A stretch of 64,000 nt of DNA from Hyaloraphidium curvatum SAG 235-1 (GCA_025558095.1 JAIVFI010000021.1:642499-706498), one strand, 5' to 3'; positions 14,266-26,178 are shown, counted from the stretch's first letter. Notes: generated from the sequence alone by a model not told the origin. Program-made: numbers and translations.

Positions 14266-15393
14266 CTATAGCTCATTTGCCAAGCGCAGCATGCTCTCCA
14301 GCTCCCTCTCCGTCGGATCGCCCATCGCCTGCCACCGGATCCTCCCCTTCGAGTCCACGAGGTTCACGTACCCCAGCCGATCGTTGGTCATGCCGATCGA
14401 GTTTCGCTCGTCCTTTGTCCTCCCCAGGCAGAGCAAGTAGTTGTCGCGCAGGTGGCTTGGGACGCGCGCGCGCTGGAAGGGCAGGACCATGAGCTGGAAC
14501 AGGCCCCTGAAGCGGCTGTCCTGGAAGTGGACGTAGATCATCTGCTTCGCGGGGTCGCCGGCGGCGGCTTCGAGGAACGGCTTGCTGTACTTTTCGACCT
14601 GGCCCTGAGGGGTCGGACTCGAGTTGCAGCGCGTCCGGAGGCCGTGCAGCGGCAACGCGCACCCAGCCGAACTCGTACGAAAAGAAGCCGACGAGCGAGG
14701 CCCTCGCGGCGGAAAACTTTGATGCGAGGTCGACCGTCGCCCCGTTGAGCGTCTTTCCCGTGACGCTGATCATCGGCGGCGCGATCTGCCGGGGGGAGGG
14801 GTGGGCCGTGGGTTGGGGCGTTGGGCGGGACCGCGACTTGCCTTGGCCGGGATCAGCGAGGCCTGGGCCTCGCGACGCTTCCCGCCGGTCCGAATGATCT
14901 CTGGAGAGGGAGTTCCGGGGGTCAGCGCGTGTGACGCGCCCCGGCACCGCGTCCACCGCGTCCACCTTTGGCGTCGTCCCAGTACCCCTTGCCAAAGGCC
15001 TCCTTGAGGCTGCGCGGACGGCGGGTCGGCGATGCGGGGCAGGGGACCTGCGGCCACCCACAGCTTCTCGCGGTCGTCCATGAGCCGCTGGTAGAACTTG
15101 TTGTCCTTCAGCTTGGGGTGGTGCTTGAGCTGCTCGTGGAACTCGCGCGGGAAGAAGTCGGGCGCGGGATCGGGGCCCAGCAGCGGGGAGTGCGCGAGGG
15201 GAGGGGCCTGCGCGTGTGGCGGGGCCGAGGGGGGAGCTGCGGGGGGCGAGCGGGGTGCCGAGGGTGCGGGGGCGGGTGCGGGGTGCGCGAGCGGCTTTGC
15301 GGTCGACGCGCGGCGGGCACACGCGCGGCAGGGGCGGGGCGGGGCAGCCTGCCGGACGATGCGCGGCAGCGGCGTGGGCCCGCGCAGCCCCAT
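14266..15393 (-). CDS. ATP10: Mitochondrial ATP synthase assembly factor Atp10, spliced
   Basis: Arg-rich presequence-like N-terminus; GKTLNG, IGMTNDRLGYVNLVDSKGRIRWQAMGDPTERELESM match the ATP10 C-terminus. Confidence 0.85.
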
Positions 15394-15466
15394 CGCGGGT
15401 GGGTGGGGGGCAGGGGCAGCTATACAGGGCGCGGAGTGATCACGCCCCCCCTCGTCGGTGGTCAGG

Positions 15467-16231
15467 ATGGCCGGCTCCCGGTCCTCCGACGTGGAGAGCG
15501 GTGAAAGGGCGCCCGGAGGCAGCGCACCCGGCGGGACGTCGTCGGCCGACTCGCTCGCGTCTGCCGGGTGGGTGCGCCGCTTCGTGGCGGCGCGCGGCGG
15601 CGAGCTGTTTGTCGACGTCGACGACGACTACTTCGGCGACCGCTTCAACCTCACCGGCCTGGCGCAGGACGTCGACCACTACCAGCTGGCGCTGGACCTG
15701 ATCGCGGACGGCGGCGACGGCCGCGCGCCCCCCGCCGTGCTGGCCGCCGCGCGCCACCTGTACGGCCTGATCCACGCGCGCTACATCGTCACGCACCGCG
15801 GCCTGCAGAAGATGGCGGACAAGCTGCGCAGGGAGGACTTTGGCCGCTGCCCGCGCGTGCTGTGCGCCGGCCAGCCCGTGCTGCCGGTCGGCCTGTCGGA
15901 CGTGCCCGGCGAGGGCGCCGCCAAGCTGTACTGCCCGCGCTGCGAGGACGTCTACACGCCGCCCGCAAAGCGCCACGCCCGCATCGACGGCGCCTACTTC
16001 GGCACTACCTTCCCGCACCTGCTGTTCCAGGTCTTCCCCAACCTGATGCCGGCGAGGCCGGCGGACCGCTACGTGCCGCGCATCTTTGGCTTCCGCATCC
16101 ACGAGGTGGCCGTGCAGCACAGGCGCCAGGACGCGCTGCGCGACAGGGACTCGGACACCGGGAGGGACGGCGACGTCGGGAGGGCCGGAGACACTGGGAA
16201 GGAGGGCGAGGAGAAGGACGCTGGAGGGTGA
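15467..16231 (+). CDS. Casein kinase II regulatory (beta) subunit, intronless and divergent
   Basis: DRFNLTGL, LYGLIHARYI, zinc finger CPRVLC...CPRC, DGAYFGTTFPHL, YVPRIFGFRIH. Confidence 0.95.
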   Translation: MAGSRSSDVESGERAPGGSAPGGTSSADSLASAGWVRRFVAARGGELFVDVDDDYFGDRFNLTGLAQDVDHYQLALDLIADGGDGRAPPAVLAAARHLYGLIHARYIVTHRGLQKMADKLRREDFGRCPRVLCAGQPVLPVGLSDVPGEGAAKLYCPRCEDVYTPPAKRHARIDGAYFGTTFPHLLFQVFPNLMPARPADRYVPRIFGFRIHEVAVQHRRQDALRDRDSDTGRDGDVGRAGDTGKEGEEKDAGG

Positions 16232-16304
16232 GGGCACCTCGCCAACTGGCAGCGGCAATCGGGCGTTGCCCGGTGTCGTATTGCACGGCAGCACGATGGC
16301 ACGA

Positions 16305-17210
16305 TCACGCCACGACCCAGTTCTCCCTCGGCGCGAAACCCAGCGCCTCGCAGTCCGGCCGGTGCAGCACCCACGTGTGCGTCGGGATCCGGAACATGCA
16401 GTGGTCCCCGGCGTAGAGCAGCGCGAGCCGGTCCAGCCACGTGTCGCGCATCTCCTGCTCCTCGACCAGCAGCCCCGGGGCTGCCGTGTGCGGCTTTTCG
16501 CGGAGCTTGCCGTGGTCCACAAAGGGGCACGACCCTGGATCCTCTTCGGAGCGGCATCGGTAGGCGCCGCAGAGGAAGGGCTCGAGCGCAAGGTCCGTAC
16601 GGTGCACGCCAAAGAGGTGCACCGCAGCCGAACGCGGCAGGAGCGACCACTGGGGCAAGAAACGCGTATCCGTCACCAGGCCGCGCTCTGCGGCGTCCAG
16701 GACGGCCTCGAGCGTTGCAGCGGCTCTGTTGGGGCCCGTTCCCGCGTCCGTCGCGGCCCGGGCCAGTGCAGGGTCCCGCGGCCCCGCCATCGCCGCGTAG
16801 AAGGCGCCGAGGAAGCGGTGCAGGGGCTGCTGGACCACGGCATAGCAGGTCCAACCTGGCAGCGAGCAGATCCGCTGCGATGCACTGCCCGGTTTTCCGT
16901 CCACCCCGTCGTCGTCCGTAAAGTTTGCGAGGGCTGCACGCCCACAAAGGTGCTGCAGCTGCCTCACAAGTCCTTCGTCCTGGTCCTTGAACAGGCGTAT
17001 CAGCGCCAATCCGAGCGGTCGGCACGCAACAATGTCCGCGTCGGCGCCGGACTGGGCATCCTGGCGGGGAAGGCCAGCGACAGGATCGTCGGGGCACACA
17101 AAGTCGTGCGACGATACGCTCCTTTGCTCGGGACGTCTCCTTCCGAAGAGAAACAGCAGAAATAGACAGGCCGCGCAGATGGTGACCAGCGGGGGGATGC
17201 GGATTCGCAT
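16305..17210 (-). CDS. Type II membrane protein, degenerate carbohydrate sulfotransferase (Sulfotransfer_2)-like
   Basis: TM anchor LVTICAACLFLLFLF; YAVVQQPLHRFLGAFY resembles FVRDPxxRxxSAY; DTRFLPQ resembles DxHWxPQ; LYAGDHCMF resembles LYxxDFxLF. Confidence 0.5.
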   Translation of the reverse strand: MRIRIPPLVTICAACLFLLFLFGRRRPEQRSVSSHDFVCPDDPVAGLPRQDAQSGADADIVACRPLGLALIRLFKDQDEGLVRQLQHLCGRAALANFTDDDGVDGKPGSASQRICSLPGWTCYAVVQQPLHRFLGAFYAAMAGPRDPALARAATDAGTGPNRAAATLEAVLDAAERGLVTDTRFLPQWSLLPRSAAVHLFGVHRTDLALEPFLCGAYRCRSEEDPGSCPFVDHGKLREKPHTAAPGLLVEEQEMRDTWLDRLALLYAGDHCMFRIPTHTWVLHRPDCEALGFAPRENWVVA

Positions 17211-17314
17211 TGGAGCCCAATGCTGCACGGAAGGTCGATACTCGAACGATCGCGCGCCATACAGTACGGAAGAAGAGTGGCAAAGAACGTGTAATCGAAG
17301 GAGATACACATCGA

Positions 17315-18020
17315 TCAAGGCGCCGGCTCCAGATCCGGGATGTCTACGTGAATCAAAGAACGCGAAAGTCAGCCCACAATGCGAGTCCCATCCGCTTGGT
17401 CGCCACCCACCGTCCTTGCCTTCTTCCTCGTCGTCAGAATCAAAATCGCCCTTTCGAGACACTCAGATACGATCGCGAGCACCCTGCGAGCGCCACTCAC
17501 CATTGCCCCGGCCGGCGGACCACCCCCGAGAGGCGCCGCGCCGGCCCCGCCGCCGATGTTGCTGAACTGGCTAAAGTCCATGTCGAACGGGTTCCCCTTG
17601 GCGTCCTCGTCTTCGTCGTCCTCGTCCTTCCACCGCGAAAAGTCCGTCTTGACAAAGAACGGGTTCTTGGCGCCCTTGACGAGCCTCGGCCACCACGACT
17701 GGTCCGCCTCCTTCTTTTTCAGAACAAAGTAGCACGATCTCGGGGTGATCGACTGCTTCGATTCCTGGCCGGCGAAGGTCGGCTGAACGTGCATGACGAA
17801 GGGGCGACTCGCCACCCACTGCGGGATCCACGGGCTTCGAAAACTCCAGCGTCACCTCGTACGTCTTGCCGTTCGACTCTCCCTTGAAGTGGAGCTTCTC
17901 CTCGTCCAGATCGATCTTCTGGCCGTGCACATCGCTCAGGTTGATGGTGAGGTAGACTTCCCCGGCGCGCTGGGCCCAGAGGACTTCGGGAACGAGGTTG
18001 TGCGCCTGTTCCTTTGCCAT
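17315..18020 (-). CDS. SBA1: Hsp90 co-chaperone p23/Sba1, spliced
   Basis: PEVLWAQR, YLTINLSD, WWPRLVK, FVKTDFSRWKDEDDEDED; last exon encodes DIPDLEPAP. Confidence 0.92.
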
Positions 18021-18366
18021 CTGGCAGAAGACGTCGATGAGCGCGGTCCATACGTCGCAGGTGAAGCGAGGTTCGCGTCGCAGACGCGTAGCCGGCACGC
18101 AACCGACATGTCCCATGAGTTGCGAGGTGACGAAGAGGCCCAACGCCCACCGCCATGGCCATCGCGGTCGTAGATTCGACGATGAGCTGTCGGAACCGCA
18201 ACCAACCTCGTTCTCAATGGCCGAGGAGGAGCGACGATGGACAGAGCAAAGTTGTGTTTGGCGGCGCGATGCGAAATGCGAATAGTATTCATCGTATGAC
18301 TGGCCTTGCCCGACACTCGGACACATCATTCGGTCTCATTGCATTGCTCGTACCCCTCCGGATACA

Positions 18367-19257
18367 TCAGAACTTCAGCAGATGCGGCACGTCGCCGTTC
18401 TTCAAGCTGAACCGCGAGGAGAGGTACGACTTCAGCAGGGGCACGGCAGCGATCGCACGCTGGAGCTGGCCATCGATCGCCTTCTGGTCGGCGGCGCGCT
18501 TCGGGTCGAGCGACTTCTTCAAAAGCGGCGAGCGTCACGATCGGCTCGGATGCTGCAACAGCAGGGTCACGCACCTTCGGCGCATCCTTGTCAAAGAGCT
18601 CCTCCTCCGTCGCCTGCTTCTTGGCCTTCTTGTCCGCCTTGAAGTAGGCGTCGTCGATGTGTTCCGGGACCTCGACGTTCGACACGTCGATCTTGGTCGA
18701 CGTTGCGATGACGTACGACTGGTTCACCCGGCGCAGAGGGACCCCGTTCGCCTTGTGAGGCCCCGTGACCAGCAAAAGGCCCGACGGCAGCTGCTTCAGG
18801 AACACGACCCGCTTGCCGCGGAACCGTCCGGCCAGGATGATGACGACGGTGCCCGGGGTGATGCTGGAGCGGAGCTTGGTGGGCTTGGAGGTCTTGCGCG
18901 AACGCTTGGGCCGGGCGACGTCGTCGGCAGGGTAGAACCGCGGTCCCTTGGCCTTCAGCACTTCCCGCTTGCCCCCGTTCTTGGCACCGCCGACTTCCTT
19001 CGTGACGGTGGCCGCCCCGGCGACCTCATCCTTCTTGGCCTGCGTCCGCGTCCTACTTAGGCGCTGCCTCAGGCTACCGCAGATGATAGAGCTCACCGCA
19101 ACCTCCTTCTTCTTTTTGTAGACGCCCCTCGCCCGGTAGCTCTCCGACCTCGAGAGACGCGCGACTGCGATGGCCGACTAAGTGAAACTCGCCGAAGGGG
19201 CACTCGAGTGCGCTCACCCCCGGGCTTCAGCCAGCTATTCCTCGGCGCGTGCACCAT
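18367..19257 (-). CDS. RPL6: 60S ribosomal protein L6 (eL6), spliced
   Basis: [58 protein letters not shown]; C-terminal PHLLKF. Confidence 0.96.
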
Positions 19258-19546
19258 TCTGAACCGGTACCAGGCCCCGTAATTGTGCCGAAAGACGGTT
19301 TCCGGGTGTCCAGGGGGTCGATTGGAGAGACGCGGCCAGTGGGAAGAGGTTCCGTCAGACTGCTGTCGCAAAACCGCAGCCACACCACAGCACGCGCCGC
19401 ACTGTCCGATGCCAATGGCGCCGGCGCCGCGCGAGGAGCGTCTGCAGCGAGGAAGACTGACCTTGAACGGGGTGAATGAGTTTGTTTACACGACAAACCT
19501 AAGCGCTGACCTGCTGCAACCATTCCTTTTCCCCGTGCATCACAAA

Positions 19547-21512
19547 ATGCTCGCTACCGCCGACGGCACGCCGGCCGCGGCAGAGTCGCCGCCTGCGCCA
19601 ATGGACGATGTCCAGTCTTCCCCTTCACCGTTAGACGCGGCCTCCTACGACCTCACTCCCCGCATCATCCCCTTCCTCGACCGGCACATGGCCGCTCCCC
19701 TCGTGGAGTTCCTCATCAGCACCCAGGTCCGTGGGCGGAGTTCTTGGTGCCAGCTGCAAAGTCTGAACAGAGTCGGATCGCGCTGGCAGATGTACCCGGA
19801 CCGGGACCTGCAGGAGGCCAAGCTGGATCTGCTGCTCGAGACAAAGATGATTGACTACACGAACGAGGTCTATCAGCAGGTCCACGGCACGGAGGACAAT
19901 CTTCCAGGTGGAATATAAAAGGCGGAAACGATGCAAACGTGGCTGACCGTGCCGTGTCCCCGTTAGGCTACGAATCGAAGCGGCAGGCCGTGTTGGACCA
20001 GCTGCAGGCTCTTGGGATGGAAAGCGAGGAGATTATGGCCATCATCAAGAACGAGGATGTCGTCAAGGAGATCAAGAATGACAAGCTTGCTAACATGAAG
20101 TTCCTCGAAGACAACTACGGGGTGCGGACTCGTCGCTGGAGGTACAACAACCCCGCCAGCGACTGACACGTCTGTACGCAATCGCCAGTTCAAGCCGGAG
20201 ATGCTTGCGAAGCTCTACGAGCTTGCTCAGTTCCAGTACGCGTGCGGGGACTATGCAGGGGCGGCGGACATGCTCTATCACTACCGAATCCTGGTGCTGA
20301 GCCCGCTGTACACGGTTGGCACTCGACTGATCGTCGCTGCGCGCAGTCCACGGATTATGAGATGAACGTGAACGCCCTGTGGGGCAAGCTCGCGGCCGAG
20401 ATCCTCACCCAAAACTTGGAAGTTGCCCTCGAGGACCTCAACAAGCTGAAAGAGCTGATTGACCAAAAGGTACCGGCATTTGCGGTTGAAAGGTCCGAGC
20501 AAGTTAACACGCCGGTGTGGCCTTCGAAAGAGCTTCGTCTCGCACCTGTTCCAGCTCCAGCAACGGACGTGGCTCATCCACTGGAGCCTGTTCGTCTTCT
20601 TCAACCACCCGAAGGGACGCGATGGGATCATCGATCTTTTCTTCCAGCCAGCGTAAGGGCTCGCCGACAAATGCTCTGCTCTGGCTCATCGCTGTTGTGA
20701 CAGGTACATCAACACGATTCAAACGACTTGTCCTTGGATTTTGCGATACCTTACGACTGCCGTCATAACCAACAAGAAGCGACGTAGCAGCATCAAGGAT
20801 CTCGTTAAGATCATTCAAATGGTGAGCTCTTTGTGGGCTCGGTTTGCTAGACCGGTGGTCAACAGTTTTGCTGCAGGAGAGCGTCATATACCGCGATCCG
20901 ATCACTGAGTTTGTCGAGTCGCTTTACATCAACTTTGACTTTGAGAAAGCAAGGACAAAGCTGCGGGAATGCGAGGAGGCAAGACCCGCGGGTTGGAGCG
21001 ACAGGGCCGCCGTAACGCCTTCTTTAGGTCCTGTCGAGAGACTTTTTTCTGGTCGCTACCAGGGACGACTTCATCGAGAACGCGCGTCTATTCATCTTTG
21101 AGACGTATTGCCGAATCCACGAGCGAATTGACATTAAGTGGGTGCTCCGGCGGCCGGCCGCGTCGGGGTTTCGGTGATCTCATCATCATGTCTCCTTGCA
21201 GCAAAATGTCGGAGATGTTGAACCTGCCGCGGGAATCGGGAGAGAAGTGGATCGTGAATCTGATTCGGAATGCGAGGCTTGATGCGAAGATTGACGCAAA
21301 GACGGTACGTTGGTGGAAAATGAGCCGCGGCTGGTTACTGAACTTACGGTTGTCCTTTCACGCAGAACTCTGTCGTCATGGGATTGCAATCTCAGTCTGT
21401 CTATCAGCAGGTGATCGAGCGGACAAAGGCAATATCTTTTCGGACCAGCGTTCTGCTGAACAATGTTCGGAGAGAGAAGCCTGGCGATGAGATTGGAGAG
21501 CCCGACGAATAG
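19547..21512 (+). CDS. EIF3E: Translation initiation factor eIF3 subunit e (INT6), multi-exon
   Basis: [95 protein letters not shown]. Confidence 0.95.
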
Positions 21513-22746
21513 ACATCGGAGATCTAACATTCGCGTTGTTTCCAGTAGGTCGTGCGGCGCCACGATTGGGAACGGCTTCGGTAATTGCGTGAGCAGACTT
21601 CAGTTGGGTGAAGAAGTCGGGTTCTCCACACGCCACACGCGTCGGAAGCCTCATTGGGTTTCATCTTTGTTTCTACTGCGAGCGCAGCACACCCGAGCCC
21701 CGGCGACGCGGTTGAAGGCCCACTCCGAGGTGTCCCGACTCGATATGGCGATGGTAGAGCCCCTCGATGGTTCAACGAGGGGAGCGGCCTTGACGCCGTG
21801 GTGGCAGGGGCGATTGCCCCCCTCAGGGTCGCATTCAAGGACAAGCAAAGATCTCTGTCCGCGCGAGCAGCCCTTGCGGTGTCGATGAACCCCGCTAACG
21901 TAGGAAGACCGCGTGTCCACCACCTGGGGCAAGCAACCAAAACAGTCCCAAAACCGAGCTTACCGCGCCCAGCGCGAGTTCTTCTCTTTCTTTGACGTTT
22001 TGCGAGGGTAATTGCGGGATGGGCGGGGCATCAAGGCGCAATACACGCGCTTCCGATCCCGCGTCGATGAGGGGCCTTCCAGGCCACCGGGGACCCGGGA
22101 AGCCCCGAACCGGCCGCGAAGATGTTCTGCTGGCCTCCGCTCCATCCGTGGGTTTTGACCCTTTGGGCACCCCACAGGGGCACCGCAGCACACTGCTGTT
22201 CGCAGTCCGCCACCCGCTCGCATCGTCCTTCAGCTGGACTGCCGTCGCCCCCAACGACTCCAGAAAACGGTTGGCATATCCTCTTGCCAGCTTCCGAGCT
22301 CCAGGACCTCAGAAAAGTTGCCTTGGCCGCGTTCTCGCGCGAACCGTCCGACGAAGGTGGCGCGGCGTTCCACGCAAACATCTAAATCGCAGGGGTCTCG
22401 CGTGGAGTGGCGGGCCCCGGGCACGGCTTGGCCGCCTTTCTACGCCGCGCCGCGATTTTGATTTTGGGCATCATTGCCTGCCTCCATGGTGTTGGTGGGC
22501 TTTTTGATATAGTTCGTATGAGCTCGCGGCCGGCCGCGCGGAACGGACCACCATGCCCGTTTGCGTGCTGCCGCTCGGGAAACCCATGAAGTACATCACG
22601 AGCATATTCAATCATGCTTAGCGGCACTATCTGGTGAGCTTCCCGGGGGATTCATTCATTTTTGGTGTGTTGCCGTTTGCTCGCCCCGCCTGGACATATA
22701 CTACACTACATCCATGTGGCACTATCTCTGAGGACTTCTAACGTCA

Positions 22747-22782
22747 GGGGAAGTCGGATAGCGGTCTATTCCGCCAGTTTTT
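22747..22782 (+). pseudogene. tRNA-Leu 5' half (acceptor 5' strand, D-arm, anticodon-stem 5' strand) ending in TTTTT
   Basis: 22743-22780 matches 27823-27860 at 36/38 nt; both differences are in the D-loop. No canonical T-arm or acceptor 3' strand follows. Confidence 0.8.
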
Positions 22783-23578
22783 CTATGAGTACGATACTGT
22801 TTCACGGGACGCAGTATTGGTCTACGAACCGCGGTAGTGGTTCGTGCAGAATGCTCAACTACATGTCCGCGGCGCCTTGAGCGCGGTCCATCGGTCACAC
22901 ATCCCGTCCGTCGGCTCAAACAGCCTGCCGGTGCTCGCCGTCACTGCAGAGTACCGGCAGCAAGCCAGGTTGTGTATTCGCGGGCCTTCGGTTCTCCCAT
23001 GACGACCCCCCCAACACATTAACTCTGCTCGAGCAACCCAGCAAAGCCTTCACCCGAGGGAGAAAAGCGACGTGTTCATTTCATGCCTCATCATGGACAA
23101 TTCCTCTAGCTGATGGGCGAGGTGAAACCGAGGCTACGGAAACGGAGCAGGCGCAACACGGCTGGAGAAGCGGGACCGCCAAAAGCGCAGGCATTCCCAC
23201 AAAGGAGGCTGAAATGGATTTATTGTCACATAGATGGCAAAATCCGCGAGTGTTGGTACCGATTCGGAAGGCAGGTTTGCGTGTGCAGCAACCTGATTCG
23301 GAGGCCGGAGCCCGAGCCCGAGCGCCCGCCCCCACGCGTCCGCCGTCCCACACCAACACCCCCTCCCCCCGGACGTGCCCCGCGACCCCGCGGAACTCCC
23401 AGGTTAGCCGGTGCTATTGAACGATGATTTTTCGCCCTTCCCGGCGGTGGGGTTTTGCTGATGCGCCGCGGGCTGCCCTTCCACAGGGAGCCCTTTGATT
23501 CGGGCGGTTTCGGACCCGCCCGCCCGGCGCACTCACCTCGACGTCGGCTCCACTCCACGGCACAGAGTTCGCGCTATC

Positions 23579-26178
23579 ATGGCGCGCGCGGAGAAGGCGG
23601 CGGCACGGCCGGCCGACCGCGTGGCAACGAGCGGGGCCGCTGTCACCGCGGAGCCCCTCCCCCTCGGAAACGCGCCGCGGGCGGACAGCGCATCGGGGGC
23701 ACCGCACCCGAGCGAAGTCGACCATTGCATGCGCCATGGCATGACGTTGGACCAGCTGCTGCACGACCACCACCCCGCCCCACCCACCGAGCCGGTTCTG
23801 AAGGAGAGCGAGTTCGAGTATATCCTCAACAACGTGCAGAGCAACAGGCTCACCATCCGGGAGACGGGCTGCTTCTTGCATGATTTCCTCATTCACCGCT
23901 TCCGGCGCGCGAGCCCCGAGTTTCTGAACCCGAACTCTGCCATCATCAGCGCGGGCCCCGGCGGGATCAACGCCCTCGTCATCGCCATGTGCGCAAACGG
24001 GTACTTGACGCTGGCAAATGCGCCGGACTGCCCCAGCGGCAAACTTGTACGGGCGCTGCTCAGAGTTGGCAGCTTGTACGCCAGGAAGCCAGTCAAAGCA
24101 AGGACCCTCAACACAAGGAGTACGTCTCGCGCCGAAGCGCATCGATCCGGGCTCGAATCCTCATTTGTCGTCCCTCCAGAGTGGTGCCCCTGCCCGATTA
24201 CGTCGTCCGAGGGCAAGAAGGGGCCCTGCCCAAAGGTGGGCCAACAACTCGTTCAACAGTAGCTTTGTTTGCTGACGAACTTATCGGCAGGTCAACCACT
24301 ACGAAATCGAGTATGCCCGAATGGAGCTGGTTCTTTTCCTCGTAGCGGCCAAGAACGAAGGAACAGTGTTTGACGGTGAGGCATTGGCGCTTGCAGCGCA
24401 CGCACGGAGCGCCGCCAACACGACCTGCCCGCCGCGCACTCCCCAGTGATCATCATCATGTCTGAAGCTCCCTTCGCCCTCTTCGGCCTCGCCGACGATG
24501 CCAAGCTGTGCGACGTCGTCGAAAGCTCTCCGGCAATGCTTCTGGTGAGCCGCCATTCACAACGTTTGCGCGTGTGCTGATGCCGGCCTACAATCCTGAC
24601 TACAGAACACTCCGGAGCTCGAATTCGCTGGCTATTTGGACGTTCCCGGGGTCATCAGCATCCACCCGGCCAAGCTAGAGGGCAGCGTGGCCTGTTTGAA
24701 CCTCCCGAGCGGCATGGACACGACTGAGAAGCACAAGACGATCGTGCTCGCGCAGGGCAAGGCCAACCTGCAGGCGGTACGCGGCATGAAGCAGGCCATG
24801 GAATGGGTGACTGGATGCAAGGTGCGCACGTGACCTTAAGCTTCATTACTGTCGGTCCTTGTCAACTTATCCACCGCAGTCGTTAAACACCGAGCAGCAC
24901 GGCTACGAGATGCTCCGGGAAAACGTCAACCTCCCGCTCTCGTACGAGCAGCTGCTAAAGGAAGGCGACGGAATCGATTTCGGAAAGCTACACAAGGACA
25001 TGAGCACACGCCGGGTAAGGTTTTGGCGTCGTTGGTGCACGCGTTGCTGAATGACGATCGGCTGGTCGGGGGCAGGCGAACACCATTGTGCACGTCGAAC
25101 GCTTTGAGGACGGCACGGAGATGCCCGTCACCCGAGCCCAGCTCGACCTGCATAAGGCGCGGAACTCGGACAAGGGGAGGCGGTCCAATCAGCACAAGGT
25201 GGGTCGTGCTGCAGCGTGGTCTATGCGGCTCAACGCTAACGACCGCCGCGCATTGCAGATGAACCGCGTCGTTGAAGCGGAAAATTCGTTCACTGGACAG
25301 GTCGAGACCATGAAGAATGCCCGGAAACTGGGGTTGCAGAGGGGCCAGGCCCGTGAGTTCCATAGTCAGCCGAACGCAACCACTGAGGCTAACCCGGAGT
25401 GCTCGTTGCAGTCGGCAAGGACAAGGACGCGGCCAGGAAGAGGGCGCAGACCCAGAAGGGCCAGGTGCAGCTCTCGATCAACCATCTGCTCACGACTCTG
25501 GATGCCCTGGCATTGAAGCACCCCGGCCACCGGTTTCCCACATCCACGCTTGTTCAGTGCGGCTCTCTTGAGAAAGGCGGCACATGCGAGCTGACTGCGA
25601 GTCATCTGGCGCACGTGTTTGTCGACTCGGACAACCGGCTAGCTGGTGCATCGTTTGCCGATCCAAGCCGTGAGGGGCCAATGCTGGCGGTCATTGAGTC
25701 CACGCACAAGCACGTGCATGAGCTAGATGCTGGCACGGAGACCAGTCCGCCGAAACGGAAGCGAAAGGAGCCGGAAGTTCGCCTGCGGCGACGAAAGGGG
25801 ACCTCTCGGCGTGAGAGCGCAAACGATTTCGTGTCGCTGGACGGCATCCCGGATGCCGTCCCCGGCTTGTACGGATACGTCGTCAAGGTCAAGAAGCAGC
25901 GTCTGGCTAAGGCCATGAAGTTGGCAAAACTGATTGACGACAACACGGAGGTCGGCGAGGACTCGTACACCATGGTACAGCAGCGCAAGAAGGCCGCAGC
26001 GGAGGCCGCTGCCGAAGCCCAGCGCGAGGCGAAGCTGGCACCGAAGAAGAGGGGCCGGCCCAGGGAAGAGGTGGATCCGAACCCGGGCGCTGGCGTCTTG
26101 GACAACGAGAACGGCGCTTCGGGCGGGGAGATCAAGGAGGTTGAGCGGAGCAAGGCGAAGCGTGCGAAGCACGGGTGA
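23579..26178 (+). CDS. Orphan 9-exon protein with a possible degenerate uracil-DNA-glycosylase-superfamily domain, NLS (PPKRKRK) and AT-hook (KKRGRPR); start codon uncertain
   Basis: Eight short GT-AG introns (e.g. 24120-24179, 24236-24290) splice into one open frame ending at TGA 26178. The domain call rests on motif order only. Confidence 0.65.

Noticed and set aside
21520-22700. Possible gene between eIF3e and the tRNA half
   Set aside because: Could not build a consistent spliced model or recognise any motif.
22783-22857. Hammerhead ribozyme
   Set aside because: CTATGA lacks the full CUGANGA core and there is no correctly placed GAAA.
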